A DNA stretch of 5,888 nucleotides, taken from a virus (Duplodnaviria; Heunggongvirae; Uroviricota; Caudoviricetes). The stretch lies in the IMG/VR virus record IMGVR_UViG_2648501400_000014, one strand, 5' to 3'. The position numbers and the translations under genes were made by a program. Each line of letters opens with the position of its first letter. The first letter of the stretch is position 1. Below, piece by piece: positions 1 through 5,876 of the stretch. Below the pieces are notes generated by a model. It did no database searches. It was not told where the DNA came from and saw nothing but the letters and a program-made list of their open reading frames with translations.

Positions 1-501
1 CAGCAGCATGGCTGCAGAACAGGCCGTGTCATTGCACAGTGCCCAGACCGGCTTCTGCTGACGGAGGCGGTAAATCATGTCAGCGCAGTCAAACGCGCCG
101 GCGGCCTGCCCGCCCGGACTGTCAATGTCCAGCAGTACGCCCCGCACCTGGCTATCCGCCATTGCCTGCTGAAGACAGGCGACAATGCCGTCATAGCCTG
201 TCATTCCGGAAAATGGCCGCATCCCCCCCAGCCGGTGCACCAGCGTGCCGGTCACCGGCAGTACAGCAATACCGTTCACCACCCGGTAAACACGGGCCGG
301 TCGTTTACCTCCGGCCATGTACTCGTCCGTTTCAGCCAGCATTCCGGGAGCATCAAGCTGTACCTGCTGCTGTGGTACCGAAAGACTTGCTGCCCCCATC
401 TCGCGCCCGAGCGCGCAAAAGAAAACCCGCGCATAGGCGGGCTCCAGAAGCAGCGGTTCATTGAATGCTGCGGCAATAATGTGTGAAAGATTACGTCTCA
501 C
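1..501 (-). CDS. C: Head maturation protease / scaffold gpC-like (S49 ClpP/SppA-type serine protease); N-terminal 167 codons only, gene runs off the left window edge
   Basis: The minus-strand frame with codons on plus triplets 1-3, 4-6 ... 499-501 is open across the whole interval. My hand translation reads VRRNLSHIIAAAFNEPLLLEPAYARVFFCAL...VNGIAVLPVTGTLV...GMTGYDGIV...VLLDIDSPGGQAAGAFDCADMIYRLRQQKPVWALCNDTACSAAMLL. This aligns colinearly with lambda gpC as I recall it (...FNEPLMLEPAYARVFFCAL...NGIAVLPVSGTLV...GMTGYNGII...ILLDMDTPGGMVAGAFDCADII...KPVWALANDMNCSAGQLL). The only in-frame start is GTG at 501-499, with GAGGAG about 10 nt upstream, overlapping the portal stop by 11 nt. The 6-frame track misses it because there is no ATG; track ORF 276..476(-) is in a different frame. 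Gene order after the portal matches lambda. Confidence 0.85.
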   Translation of the reverse strand, partial: MRRNLSHIIAAAFNEPLLLEPAYARVFFCALGREMGAASLSVPQQQVQLDAPGMLAETDEYMAGGKRPARVYRVVNGIAVLPVTGTLVHRLGGMRPFSGMTGYDGIVACLQQAMADSQVRGVLLDIDSPGGQAAGAFDCADMIYRLRQQKPVWALCNDTACSAAMLL

Positions 502-2083
502 GGGGTGTTGTCTCCTCTTCCGGCCTGCGACTCTCCGCTATCTGCTGCTGATACGCCTGCGCTATCCACACCGGACGTGAGAGTCCGGCTTTTTCCCGCT
601 CTGCAGATTCCCTGACCTGCTGGCGGAAAATGTCCTGATAATCCTCGCCCATCAGCGCCAGCTCTTTCTCATACGTGCTCAGTCCGGCCTCAATGCGCAT
701 CACCGATTCCTGAACCTCCTTGAGCCCGTCAATGGCCATTCTTCCGGCACCAATCCACTCTGCCCGTGACCAGGCTGATCGCGCCTGATAAAAATCAAAA
801 CGCGCCCGTGGCGGACGGATAATCCCCCGAAGAAGTGCCTCTTCCAGCCAGCAGGAAAACATCTGCGTGGCCAGCCGGGCCGCAATAAATTTTCGCCGCC
901 CCATAAAATAGCGCCACGACTCATTGGCAGAGGCCCTGGCACTTGAATAACTGACCTTCGAGTAATCACGGGACAACTGTTCGTAGGAAACGCCAAGACC
1001 GGCGGCGATATACCGCAGCAGCGCCTGTTCAAGCGCCGAAAATCCATTGTCTGAATCCTGCGCAGTCTGTAGTTTCAGATCATCCCCGGGGAAAAGGTGC
1101 GGAATTTTGACACCACCCAGCGTCACGTTATTCGTGTCATACCAGGTGGAGAACTTATCCAGAATATTAATAAGCGGATTATCCTTCTGCCCCTGCGGCG
1201 CACCGGCGATATATTCAAAGGCCTTTTCGGTATCAAGGTCACTTTCAATCGTCGCTGCATACATCGCCTTCACTATGGCCGACTGAAGCTGTTTTGCCTG
1301 CAGGGAATCGAGCATCTTCAGCCGTTCCATTACGCTGTAAAACTGATTGGCCCCACGGGTCTGCCCGTCCTCCACCGGCTCGAAAATATGCAGCATGGCC
1401 GGACGCCCGGTGGGAAGTTCACGCGGGATCCGTTCCCATCGTCCACTCCCGGAGAACGGAAAATCATCCTCACAGATATGGTACGCAACGGCACGACCAT
1501 ATCGATCGACCTCCACACCGGCCCGCAGAAAACGGTTCCCCATACCGTGTCCTGGCGTGTCCACCCGTTTCGGACTCACGGCTTTAAAACGCGTACGGAA
1601 TAACTGCGTGGTTTCCGTATCCCAGACCGGCTGCACAAAGATTTCGCCGTTAAACGCATGAACGCCCACACCTTCACGGATAAATTCCGTGAACGTGCGT
1701 TTTCCTTCCACGTCGATCTCGCCAGACATCCCTTCGGCGTATTCCGACCAGGCCGCCTCCACCTCATCGACAAAGCTTTTTGCTGCGGTCTCCCGCATCC
1801 CCAGCCAGCGCCAGTTCGGACGGTAGCTGATAAGAAACATATGCCCGACAATGTGATCCTTATGCAGTGCCACCGCATTGGCCGCTATTCCGTTATTGCG
1901 CACCAGATCATCTGCCCGGGCATTCCCCAGACGCAACGCAGGCAGCAGGGCTGCATCGGCACTCTGCGCCGGTGGCAACCACTCCGCCATTTGCCCGCCA
2001 AATCCTGCACCGCCCCCGTTGTAGCTGAGACTCTCACGAAGCGGAACGCCGTTCACATCAATCAGGACAGGCGTTCGTTTCAT
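491..2083 (-). CDS. B: Portal protein (lambda gpB family)
   Basis: 530-aa ORF from the track. It has long colinear stretches shared with lambda gpB as I recall it, for example GNARADDLVRNNG, FNGEIFVQ, LFRTRFKAVSPKR, FEPVEDGQTRGANQFYSVMERLKMLDSLQ, SAIVKAMYAATIES, LQTAQDSDNGFSALEQALLRYIAAGLGVSYEQLSRDY, ARASANESWRYFMGRRKF and WIGAGRMAIDGLKEVQESVMRIEAGLSTYEKE. Length is close to lambda gpB (about 533 aa). The start ATG overlaps the W stop (ATGA at 2080-2083), and the gene sits between W and C as in lambda. Confidence 0.95.
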   Translation of the reverse strand: MKRTPVLIDVNGVPLRESLSYNGGGAGFGGQMAEWLPPAQSADAALLPALRLGNARADDLVRNNGIAANAVALHKDHIVGHMFLISYRPNWRWLGMRETAAKSFVDEVEAAWSEYAEGMSGEIDVEGKRTFTEFIREGVGVHAFNGEIFVQPVWDTETTQLFRTRFKAVSPKRVDTPGHGMGNRFLRAGVEVDRYGRAVAYHICEDDFPFSGSGRWERIPRELPTGRPAMLHIFEPVEDGQTRGANQFYSVMERLKMLDSLQAKQLQSAIVKAMYAATIESDLDTEKAFEYIAGAPQGQKDNPLINILDKFSTWYDTNNVTLGGVKIPHLFPGDDLKLQTAQDSDNGFSALEQALLRYIAAGLGVSYEQLSRDYSKVSYSSARASANESWRYFMGRRKFIAARLATQMFSCWLEEALLRGIIRPPRARFDFYQARSAWSRAEWIGAGRMAIDGLKEVQESVMRIEAGLSTYEKELALMGEDYQDIFRQQVRESAEREKAGLSRPVWIAQAYQQQIAESRRPEEETTPRET

Positions 2084-2286
2084 AACCTCACTCCCAGCGG
2101 ACGACGGCGACGCCGGGTTGTCCCCAGTACCGACTCCGCATCATTGATCGCCCGGTTAAGCTCATCCAGAGAAGCCGCCGTATATTCAATTCTGCGACCA
2201 TCTTTCTGGACAGACACCACCCGTTTACCGGTTAATAAATCAAGGCGCGCCTGACGCAGCGCCTGCAGTTCAGCGACTGTAACCAT
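2080..2286 (-). CDS. W: Head-tail joining / head completion protein gpW
   Basis: 68-aa ORF, the same length as lambda gpW. The motif LxxLLTGKRVVSVQKDGRRIEYTAASLDEL and the C-terminal RRRRR tract match lambda W as I recall it ([26 protein letters not shown] ... QRRRG). It lies between terminase A and portal B and overlaps the A stop by 17 nt. Confidence 0.9.
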   Translation of the reverse strand: MVTVAELQALRQARLDLLTGKRVVSVQKDGRRIEYTAASLDELNRAINDAESVLGTTRRRRRPLGVRL

Positions 2287-4198
2287 TCACTCCTCCGGAC
2301 AGCTTCGCTGCCAGTTCTTTCAGGGTTGGCCGGGTCGTCTCTTCTTCCCGGGATTTTGCCAGTACAGCCAGATCAAGCTGCCAGCGTTGCACGGACACAC
2401 GTAATGCCGCGTAGGCATACACCAGGCAGTCCAGCGCTTCGTTACGCCGCTTTTTGTTATCCCACAGCAGACGCATCTTTCCTTTTTCCCACTTCTCCAC
2501 AAGCTCTTCCGCCACCAGTTGCTGCGCCTCTGTCTGCGAAAAAATCTCCGGATCATCAGGAAAACGGATGGCATACGACGTGGCTTCATCCGCAGGAGTG
2601 GGATCGGCTTTCATACGGGCATAGAGAATTTCTTTTGCGGTGTCCGTTCCCACTTCACACAGATACACGCCCCGCTGATTGCGGGTTTTTGGCATGGTGA
2701 TCACCGGCTTGCCATAGACAGATGCGCCTTTTACCGGCAGCACCCGGAAAACACCGTGTTTTTTTGATCTCTGATAAACAATTTCACCATCGATCCCCCC
2801 GGTGTCCCAGCAGACACGGGAAATAGTCATTTCGGTGCCATCCGCATGGCGGTATTTTTTGTTGATCGCCGCATCCACACGTAACAGCGTCTCTTCCTCA
2901 TCAGGACGCCCCATAATGATGATTTTATCCACCAGAAAGGCTTCCTCTCCCGGAGCCCATCCCCAGACATACATCTCAAAACGGTTTCGCTGCGAGTCAA
3001 TGCCCGCCGTCAGATAAACCACCCGGGCAGGCACCGCCGCCGTGTAACGCACCACCTTATCCATCAGTACCTGGTGATCGAGTTTTTCGCCCACGGCCTC
3101 TTCCCAGGTCTCGCCCAGCGTGGTGTTCACAAAGGTTTTCAGGCCGTTGGGATCTTTCAGTGCATCCAGCCAGTCATAGACAATCTGTACCCAGGTGGTG
3201 AACGGACTGTACGCCGTCCAGATATGGAACGTGATGGAGCGCGGCGGCGGAATTTCATCACCCCGGGCGCTGAAAAACGTCAGACCGTCACGGGTCCACA
3301 TGCCCGTGTTTTCACAGATCCACCGCCCGTTGTTCTGGTCAAGCTCAGACTGATGGATCACGCAGCCATGATGTTCACAGAGGTAGAAAACGCTTTCGGG
3401 ACTGTCCTTCTCCCATTTAAGCCCAAAAGGCGTGGACTCATCGCCAAATTTCAGATACTGCGCCTCCCCACAGTGCGGGCAGGGCACATAAAAACGCATA
3501 AAATGCGCCGACTCGTTAGCCGCTTTTTCGATCTGGCAGGTGCCTTTGATTTTAGGCGTCGAGCCGCGAATGGATTTTGGCCACACCGACCCCTCAATAC
3601 GCTTATCCCCCAGCAGGGTTGGCGAGCCCTCTTTTTCGACATCCGGCTCGAACGAGGAAAGTTCGTCATAGCAGACCACGTCCACGGATTTTTCACGGTA
3701 GTTTTTGGCGGCAGCGCCGCCCAGGCACCAGAAACCGACGCCCGATGAAAAGCGTTTCAGCGTGAGGGTATTATCACGATGTTTACGCCCAAACCACGGT
3801 GCAAGATCGAGTAAAACCGGCACATCCCTGATCGTGGGTTCCACATGAGATTTCATAAAATCTTCAGCAGCAGAATCCGTGGGCTGGAAAAGAAGGCTGT
3901 TGCGTGATTTATGCTCAATAAAATAAGCCTCCACTCCCAGCAACATCTTTGTATAACCAACACGGGCAGATTTAATCAGATTAACAGTGCGGATCCGGTC
4001 ATTCCCCATGCTGTTCATGATGGCAACCTGAAACGGCAGTGTTTCCCACCGCCCCGGGGTGTAAGATGACTCTTTCGGAAGGTAATAATGTCGATCTGCC
4101 CACTGAACTGTCGTCAGAGGGACAGGAATTTTTAGCGCAAGGAGGCCGGTTGCTATCGCTCCTGCAGAATTAGCCGCCCTCAGTTCGTCTGAAATCAT
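2270..4198 (-). CDS. A: Terminase large subunit (lambda gpA family; ATPase plus endonuclease)
   Basis: The track ORF 2270..4240 (656 aa) matches lambda gpA along its whole length as I recall it: [20 protein letters not shown], Walker-A-like [135 protein letters not shown] place the start at the third in-frame ATG (4198-4196, MISDEL...). It is preceded by AGGTGGA, gives the same N-terminal spacing to the YYLPKE motif as lambda gpA, and gives a 29-nt overlap with Nu1 (lambda has about 26). The upstream ATGs at 4240 and 4216 lack an obvious Shine-Dalgarno. Confidence 0.93.
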   Translation of the reverse strand: MISDELRAANSAGAIATGLLALKIPVPLTTVQWADRHYYLPKESSYTPGRWETLPFQVAIMNSMGNDRIRTVNLIKSARVGYTKMLLGVEAYFIEHKSRNSLLFQPTDSAAEDFMKSHVEPTIRDVPVLLDLAPWFGRKHRDNTLTLKRFSSGVGFWCLGGAAAKNYREKSVDVVCYDELSSFEPDVEKEGSPTLLGDKRIEGSVWPKSIRGSTPKIKGTCQIEKAANESAHFMRFYVPCPHCGEAQYLKFGDESTPFGLKWEKDSPESVFYLCEHHGCVIHQSELDQNNGRWICENTGMWTRDGLTFFSARGDEIPPPRSITFHIWTAYSPFTTWVQIVYDWLDALKDPNGLKTFVNTTLGETWEEAVGEKLDHQVLMDKVVRYTAAVPARVVYLTAGIDSQRNRFEMYVWGWAPGEEAFLVDKIIIMGRPDEEETLLRVDAAINKKYRHADGTEMTISRVCWDTGGIDGEIVYQRSKKHGVFRVLPVKGASVYGKPVITMPKTRNQRGVYLCEVGTDTAKEILYARMKADPTPADEATSYAIRFPDDPEIFSQTEAQQLVAEELVEKWEKGKMRLLWDNKKRRNEALDCLVYAYAALRVSVQRWQLDLAVLAKSREEETTRPTLKELAAKLSGGVNGYSR

Positions 4199-4718
4199 CA
4201 ATCCACCTGCGCACATTCTCACCGGCTTCAGAAGCCACATCGGATGCTTTCGCGATTTCAGTTTTCACAGCATCAAGATGTGCGGGTGATATATCAGGGT
4301 ATTTACGCTGCAGTGTCTGAGGGACACGGACAAGGATCCCTGATATATTCTGTGCCACTCGCTGAAAGATGTAGGTAAATAACTCCGTCTCGAGGACAAG
4401 GCCTTCCTCACGAGCATTTTTCAGCTTCTGTGCATCGGCCTGTGCCTTCGTCAGTCGGTAACGTTCGTAATCAATGGTGCCGGGCTGAAGGTCTGATTCG
4501 CTGGCAGCCCTCAAATCCTCGATCTCTTTACGGAGTTTTTCGTTTTCAATATCAGATTCCCTCTGCGCATACCACTGAATGGCAGCAGTTGTATCAAAAA
4601 CTGATTCAGTCCCTTTCCCTCCACCAGAAACTAGTGGTAACCCCTGACTCTGCCAGGCGGTGATGGTCCTGACATCAACGCCAAAAATATCGGCCAGTTT
4701 TTTCTTATTGACGTTCAT
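4170..4718 (-). CDS. Nu1: Terminase small subunit (lambda gpNu1 family; N-terminal winged-HTH cosB-binding domain)
   Basis: 182-aa [106 protein letters not shown] is colinear with lambda Nu1 ([103 protein letters not shown], from memory). The C-terminal third is diverged. GGGGGAG lies just upstream of the ATG. It is the first gene downstream of cos, as in lambda. Confidence 0.93.
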   Translation of the reverse strand: MNVNKKKLADIFGVDVRTITAWQSQGLPLVSGGGKGTESVFDTTAAIQWYAQRESDIENEKLRKEIEDLRAASESDLQPGTIDYERYRLTKAQADAQKLKNAREEGLVLETELFTYIFQRVAQNISGILVRVPQTLQRKYPDISPAHLDAVKTEIAKASDVASEAGENVRRWIDDFRRTEGG

Positions 4719-4737
4719 ACACTCCCCCGGGAACCAG

Positions 4738-4748
4738 AAAGGATCTGA
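4738..4748 (+). repeat. cosB R1-like element (AAAGGATCTGA); candidate terminase small-subunit binding site
   Basis: Exact 11-mer aaaggatctga. Its reverse complement recurs at 4780..4790 and a 10/11 copy lies at 4838..4848. Position (between cosN and the Nu1 start) and alternating orientation parallel lambda R1/R2/R3. In phage orientation it reads TCAGATCCTTTCT, resembling lambda R1 CGTTTCCTTTCT. Confidence 0.6.
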
Positions 4749-4779
4749 AAATGGCGTTTTCTAACAAAAACAGCCTTTG

Positions 4780-4790
4780 TCAGATCCTTT
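4780..4790 (-). repeat. cosB R2-like element (inverted copy of AAAGGATCTGA)
   Basis: tcagatccttt is the exact reverse complement of 4738..4748, giving an 11-bp perfect inverted repeat with a 31-bp spacer. Analogous to the inverted lambda R2/R1 pair. Confidence 0.6.
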
Positions 4791-4813
4791 TATATTTTTA
4801 AAATTCTATTGAT

Positions 4814-4826
4814 AATCAAACAGTTA
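4814..4826 (+). promoter_or_regulatory. IHF-consensus site (I1-like) inside cosB
   Basis: aatcaaacagtta fits WATCAANNNNTTR exactly. It sits in an AT-rich tract between the R3-like and R2-like elements, which is where lambda I1 sits. Confidence 0.5.
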
Positions 4827-4837
4827 AAAAGAAGAAG

Positions 4838-4848
4838 AACGGATCTGA
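4838..4848 (+). repeat. cosB R3-like element (aacGGATCTGA)
   Basis: 10/11 match to the 4738..4748 element in the same orientation. In phage orientation it reads TCAGATCCGTTCTTCTTC, which contains the CCGTTCTTCTTC string that I recall at lambda R3. Confidence 0.55.
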
Positions 4849-4887
4849 TTTTTCCCTAAAAATTTTCATAAATAGCGAAAACCCGCG

Positions 4888-4899
4888 AGGTCGCCGCCC
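4888..4899 (-). other. cosN: 12-nt cohesive-end sequence (GGGCGGCGACCT on the phage top strand), terminase nicking site
   Basis: The plus strand reads aggtcgccgccc, the reverse complement of the lambda cohesive end. A surrounding core of about 44 bp (4859-4905; phage orientation ACGGGGCGGCGACCTCGCGGGTTTTCGCTATTTATGAAAATTTT) is identical to the lambda cos sequence as I recall it. It lies about 170 bp upstream of Nu1. Confidence 0.85.
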
Positions 4900-4935
4900 C
4901 GTAGCCTGCCGGATCGCCGGAAAGGACCCAATAAA

Positions 4936-4952
4936 ATGATAATAATTATCAT
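4936..4952. repeat. cos-proximal palindrome atgataat-a-attatcat (cosQ/I2-region element)
   Basis: Perfect 8-bp inverted arms with a 1-nt centre, about 37 bp on the right-end side of cosN. Lambda carries a similar palindrome (GATAATGATTATC) at the equivalent place, from memory. Confidence 0.5.
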
Positions 4953-5137
4953 TTATATAAATACCATCACACATCCCACGTACACCATAAAACCACGACA
5001 AATAATCAATTTTGTCCAAGTCATGCATTAATTGATCTGTGTCAACTTAACGTAAAGACATCTTAAGACAATACAAATCAGCAGCACTGAACACGGAAAA
5101 ACACAATGTCATCAAAAAATAAAGCTTCCCAAACCAG

Positions 5138-5278
5138 ATGATTAATCAAATCCATATTGCCCTTGAACGTAAGGGATCGGGTAATTTTTCGGCATGGGTT
5201 ATTGAAGCCTGCAGGAGAAGGCTGGCAACAGATGCAAAGCACCTGCGCCCGGCCAGCATGAAAAATAACGAGAAATGA
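5138..5278 (+). CDS. Small hypothetical protein (46 aa), ribbon-helix-helix-like helix-loop-helix remnant; possibly truncated or pseudogenised
   Basis: Hand-translated ATG..TGA ORF not in the supplied track: MINQIHIALERKGSGNFSAWVIEACRRRLATDAKHLRPASMKNNEK. It matches the C-terminal part of a small ORF at the equivalent lambda right-end position (…RNIRFPNQMIEQINIALEQKGSGNFSAWVIEACRRRL…, from memory). No Shine-Dalgarno is evident; the start overlaps the stop of an 11-codon upstream ORF (5106..5141) in an ATGA arrangement. Confidence 0.4.
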   Translation: MINQIHIALERKGSGNFSAWVIEACRRRLATDAKHLRPASMKNNEK

Positions 5279-5410
5279 ACGTTCGGTTACAGGAACCGGT
5301 AGCTACTGTCTTCTAACAATATTTCATCTTCATATCCGGCGAAACAAGACTTTACCCTGCAGGGATGTACTGAATAGCAACAGAGTGATAATTAACTTCT
5401 GATAAAATAA

Positions 5411-5737
5411 TCAGGGTGCTGAAGGACTAAAGATAAATGTTTTCTTCACGCCTTTACGCGGCTTGTCCTTCTCAAATCGCCATTTTGCCATCGCCTTTAC
5501 AACCTGCTCATCAAACAGATGGTGCGGCTCTGAACGGATAAACTCAATTCGGGTGACAGTACCATCAGCACCAATATCAAACTTCACATCAACCCGTCCC
5601 TTTATATAATTTGCCGCGGCATAGGCCGGATATTGTGGTAATGCCTTAACCAACTGTCGAGGCATATCTGTTTTATGTTGCGTACAGCCCATAACCAAAG
5701 AAGACAACAAAATAATTAACGGAAGATTTCTTTTCAT
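5411..5737 (-). CDS. Predicted lipoprotein consisting only of a TonB C-terminal-like domain (about 108 aa); candidate phage moron
   Basis: Track ORF 5411..5752(-). The start is more likely the internal ATG at 5737, giving MKRNLPLIILLSSLVMGC: a basic n-region, hydrophobic core and a lipobox-like VMGC with Thr at +2. The remainder, LPQYPAYAAANYIKGRVDVKFDIGADGTVTRIEFIRSEPHHLFDEQVVKAMAKWRFEKDKPRKGVKKTFIF, aligns with the E. coli TonB C-terminal domain (…[71 protein letters not shown]…), sharing PQYPA, G.V.VKFD, DG.V, F.E.V..AM..WR.E..KP. There is no TonB-like transmembrane anchor or Pro-rich spacer. Stop is TGA at 5413-5411. Confidence 0.8.
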   Translation of the reverse strand: MKRNLPLIILLSSLVMGCTQHKTDMPRQLVKALPQYPAYAAANYIKGRVDVKFDIGADGTVTRIEFIRSEPHHLFDEQVVKAMAKWRFEKDKPRKGVKKTFIFSPSAP

Positions 5738-5757
5738 TTTTATTCCCGGCATAGATA

Positions 5758-5774
5758 AGAATAAGTCTTATTCT
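5758..5774. promoter_or_regulatory. Palindrome agaataag-t-cttattct immediately upstream of the lipoprotein gene (candidate operator or 5' UTR hairpin)
   Basis: Perfect 8-bp inverted arms with a 1-nt spacer, ending 21 nt upstream of the 5737 ATG on the coding strand. Confidence 0.4.
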
Positions 5775-5829
5775 AACAATGCAGCCCTGTCGGTCATTAG
5801 ACTGGCCCCCTGAATCTCCAGACAACCAA

Positions 5830-5876
5830 TATCACTTAAATAAGTGATAGTCTTAATACTAGTTTTTAGACTAGTC
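5830..5876. promoter_or_regulatory. Cluster of palindromes (tatcactta-aa-taagtgata; tagtct..agacta; actagt; gactagtc): candidate operator sites
   Basis: Read directly: a 9-bp-arm inverted repeat at 5830-5838/5841-5849; tagtct (5848-5853) paired with agacta (5868-5873); the self-complementary hexamer actagt (5858-5863) and octamer gactagtc (5869-5876). All lie about 100-140 bp upstream of the lipoprotein start. Confidence 0.4.

Noticed and set aside
39-486. Plus-strand ORFs 39..464 and 235..486 and minus-strand ORF 276..476 from the track
   Set aside because: They overlap the gpC coding region. The plus-strand ones are antisense shadow ORFs in GC-rich coding DNA. 276..476(-) is out of frame with the gpC reading frame, which is open and lambda-homologous across 1..501. 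None has recognisable protein similarity.
700-2254. Track ORFs 700..1047(-), 1047..1286(+), 1097..1603(+), 1294..1587(+), 1330..1518(-), 1347..1661(+), 1576..1878(-), 1658..2254(+)
   Set aside because: All are nested in or antisense to the portal gene (491..2083) and gpW. Their translations are Arg/Pro/Gly-rich with low complexity, typical of alternative frames of GC-rich genes. Shadow ORFs.
2320-3765. Track ORFs 2320..2589(-), 2326..2700(+), 2519..2767(+), 2802..3017(+), 3074..3748(+), 3451..3696(-), 3577..3765(+)
   Set aside because: All are inside the terminase large-subunit gene, in other frames or on the opposite strand, with no recognisable motifs. Shadow ORFs.
4199-4240. Upstream ATGs at 4240 and 4216 as the terminase large-subunit start
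   Set aside because: No Shine-Dalgarno, and they would give a 71-nt overlap with Nu1 and an N-terminus longer than lambda gpA. The ATG at 4198 has AGGTGGA upstream and lambda-like spacing. The longer form is not excluded.
4430-4663. Plus-strand ORF 4430..4663 (77 aa)
   Set aside because: Antisense to the well-supported Nu1 gene; no start context or similarity.
4816-5028. Minus-strand ORF 4816..5028 (70 aa)
   Set aside because: It runs straight across cosN and the cosB R3/IHF region. In linear virion DNA it would be split by the cohesive-end cut. The translation is low-complexity (FFFF, YY) and AT-driven. Spurious.
5284-5298. Hairpin cggtt-acagg-aaccg, and palindrome ccctgcaggg at 5355-5364, as transcription terminators between the convergent small ORF and lipoprotein gene
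   Set aside because: The stems are short (3-5 bp) and neither is followed by a U-run on either strand. They are not convincing intrinsic terminators.
5738-5752. ATG at 5752 as the lipoprotein start (MPGIKMKRNL…)
   Set aside because: It would put five residues including Pro and Gly before the basic n-region and has no Shine-Dalgarno. It also lies inside the 5758-5774 palindrome region. The ATG at 5737 gives a canonical signal peptide. Either start gives the same mature protein.
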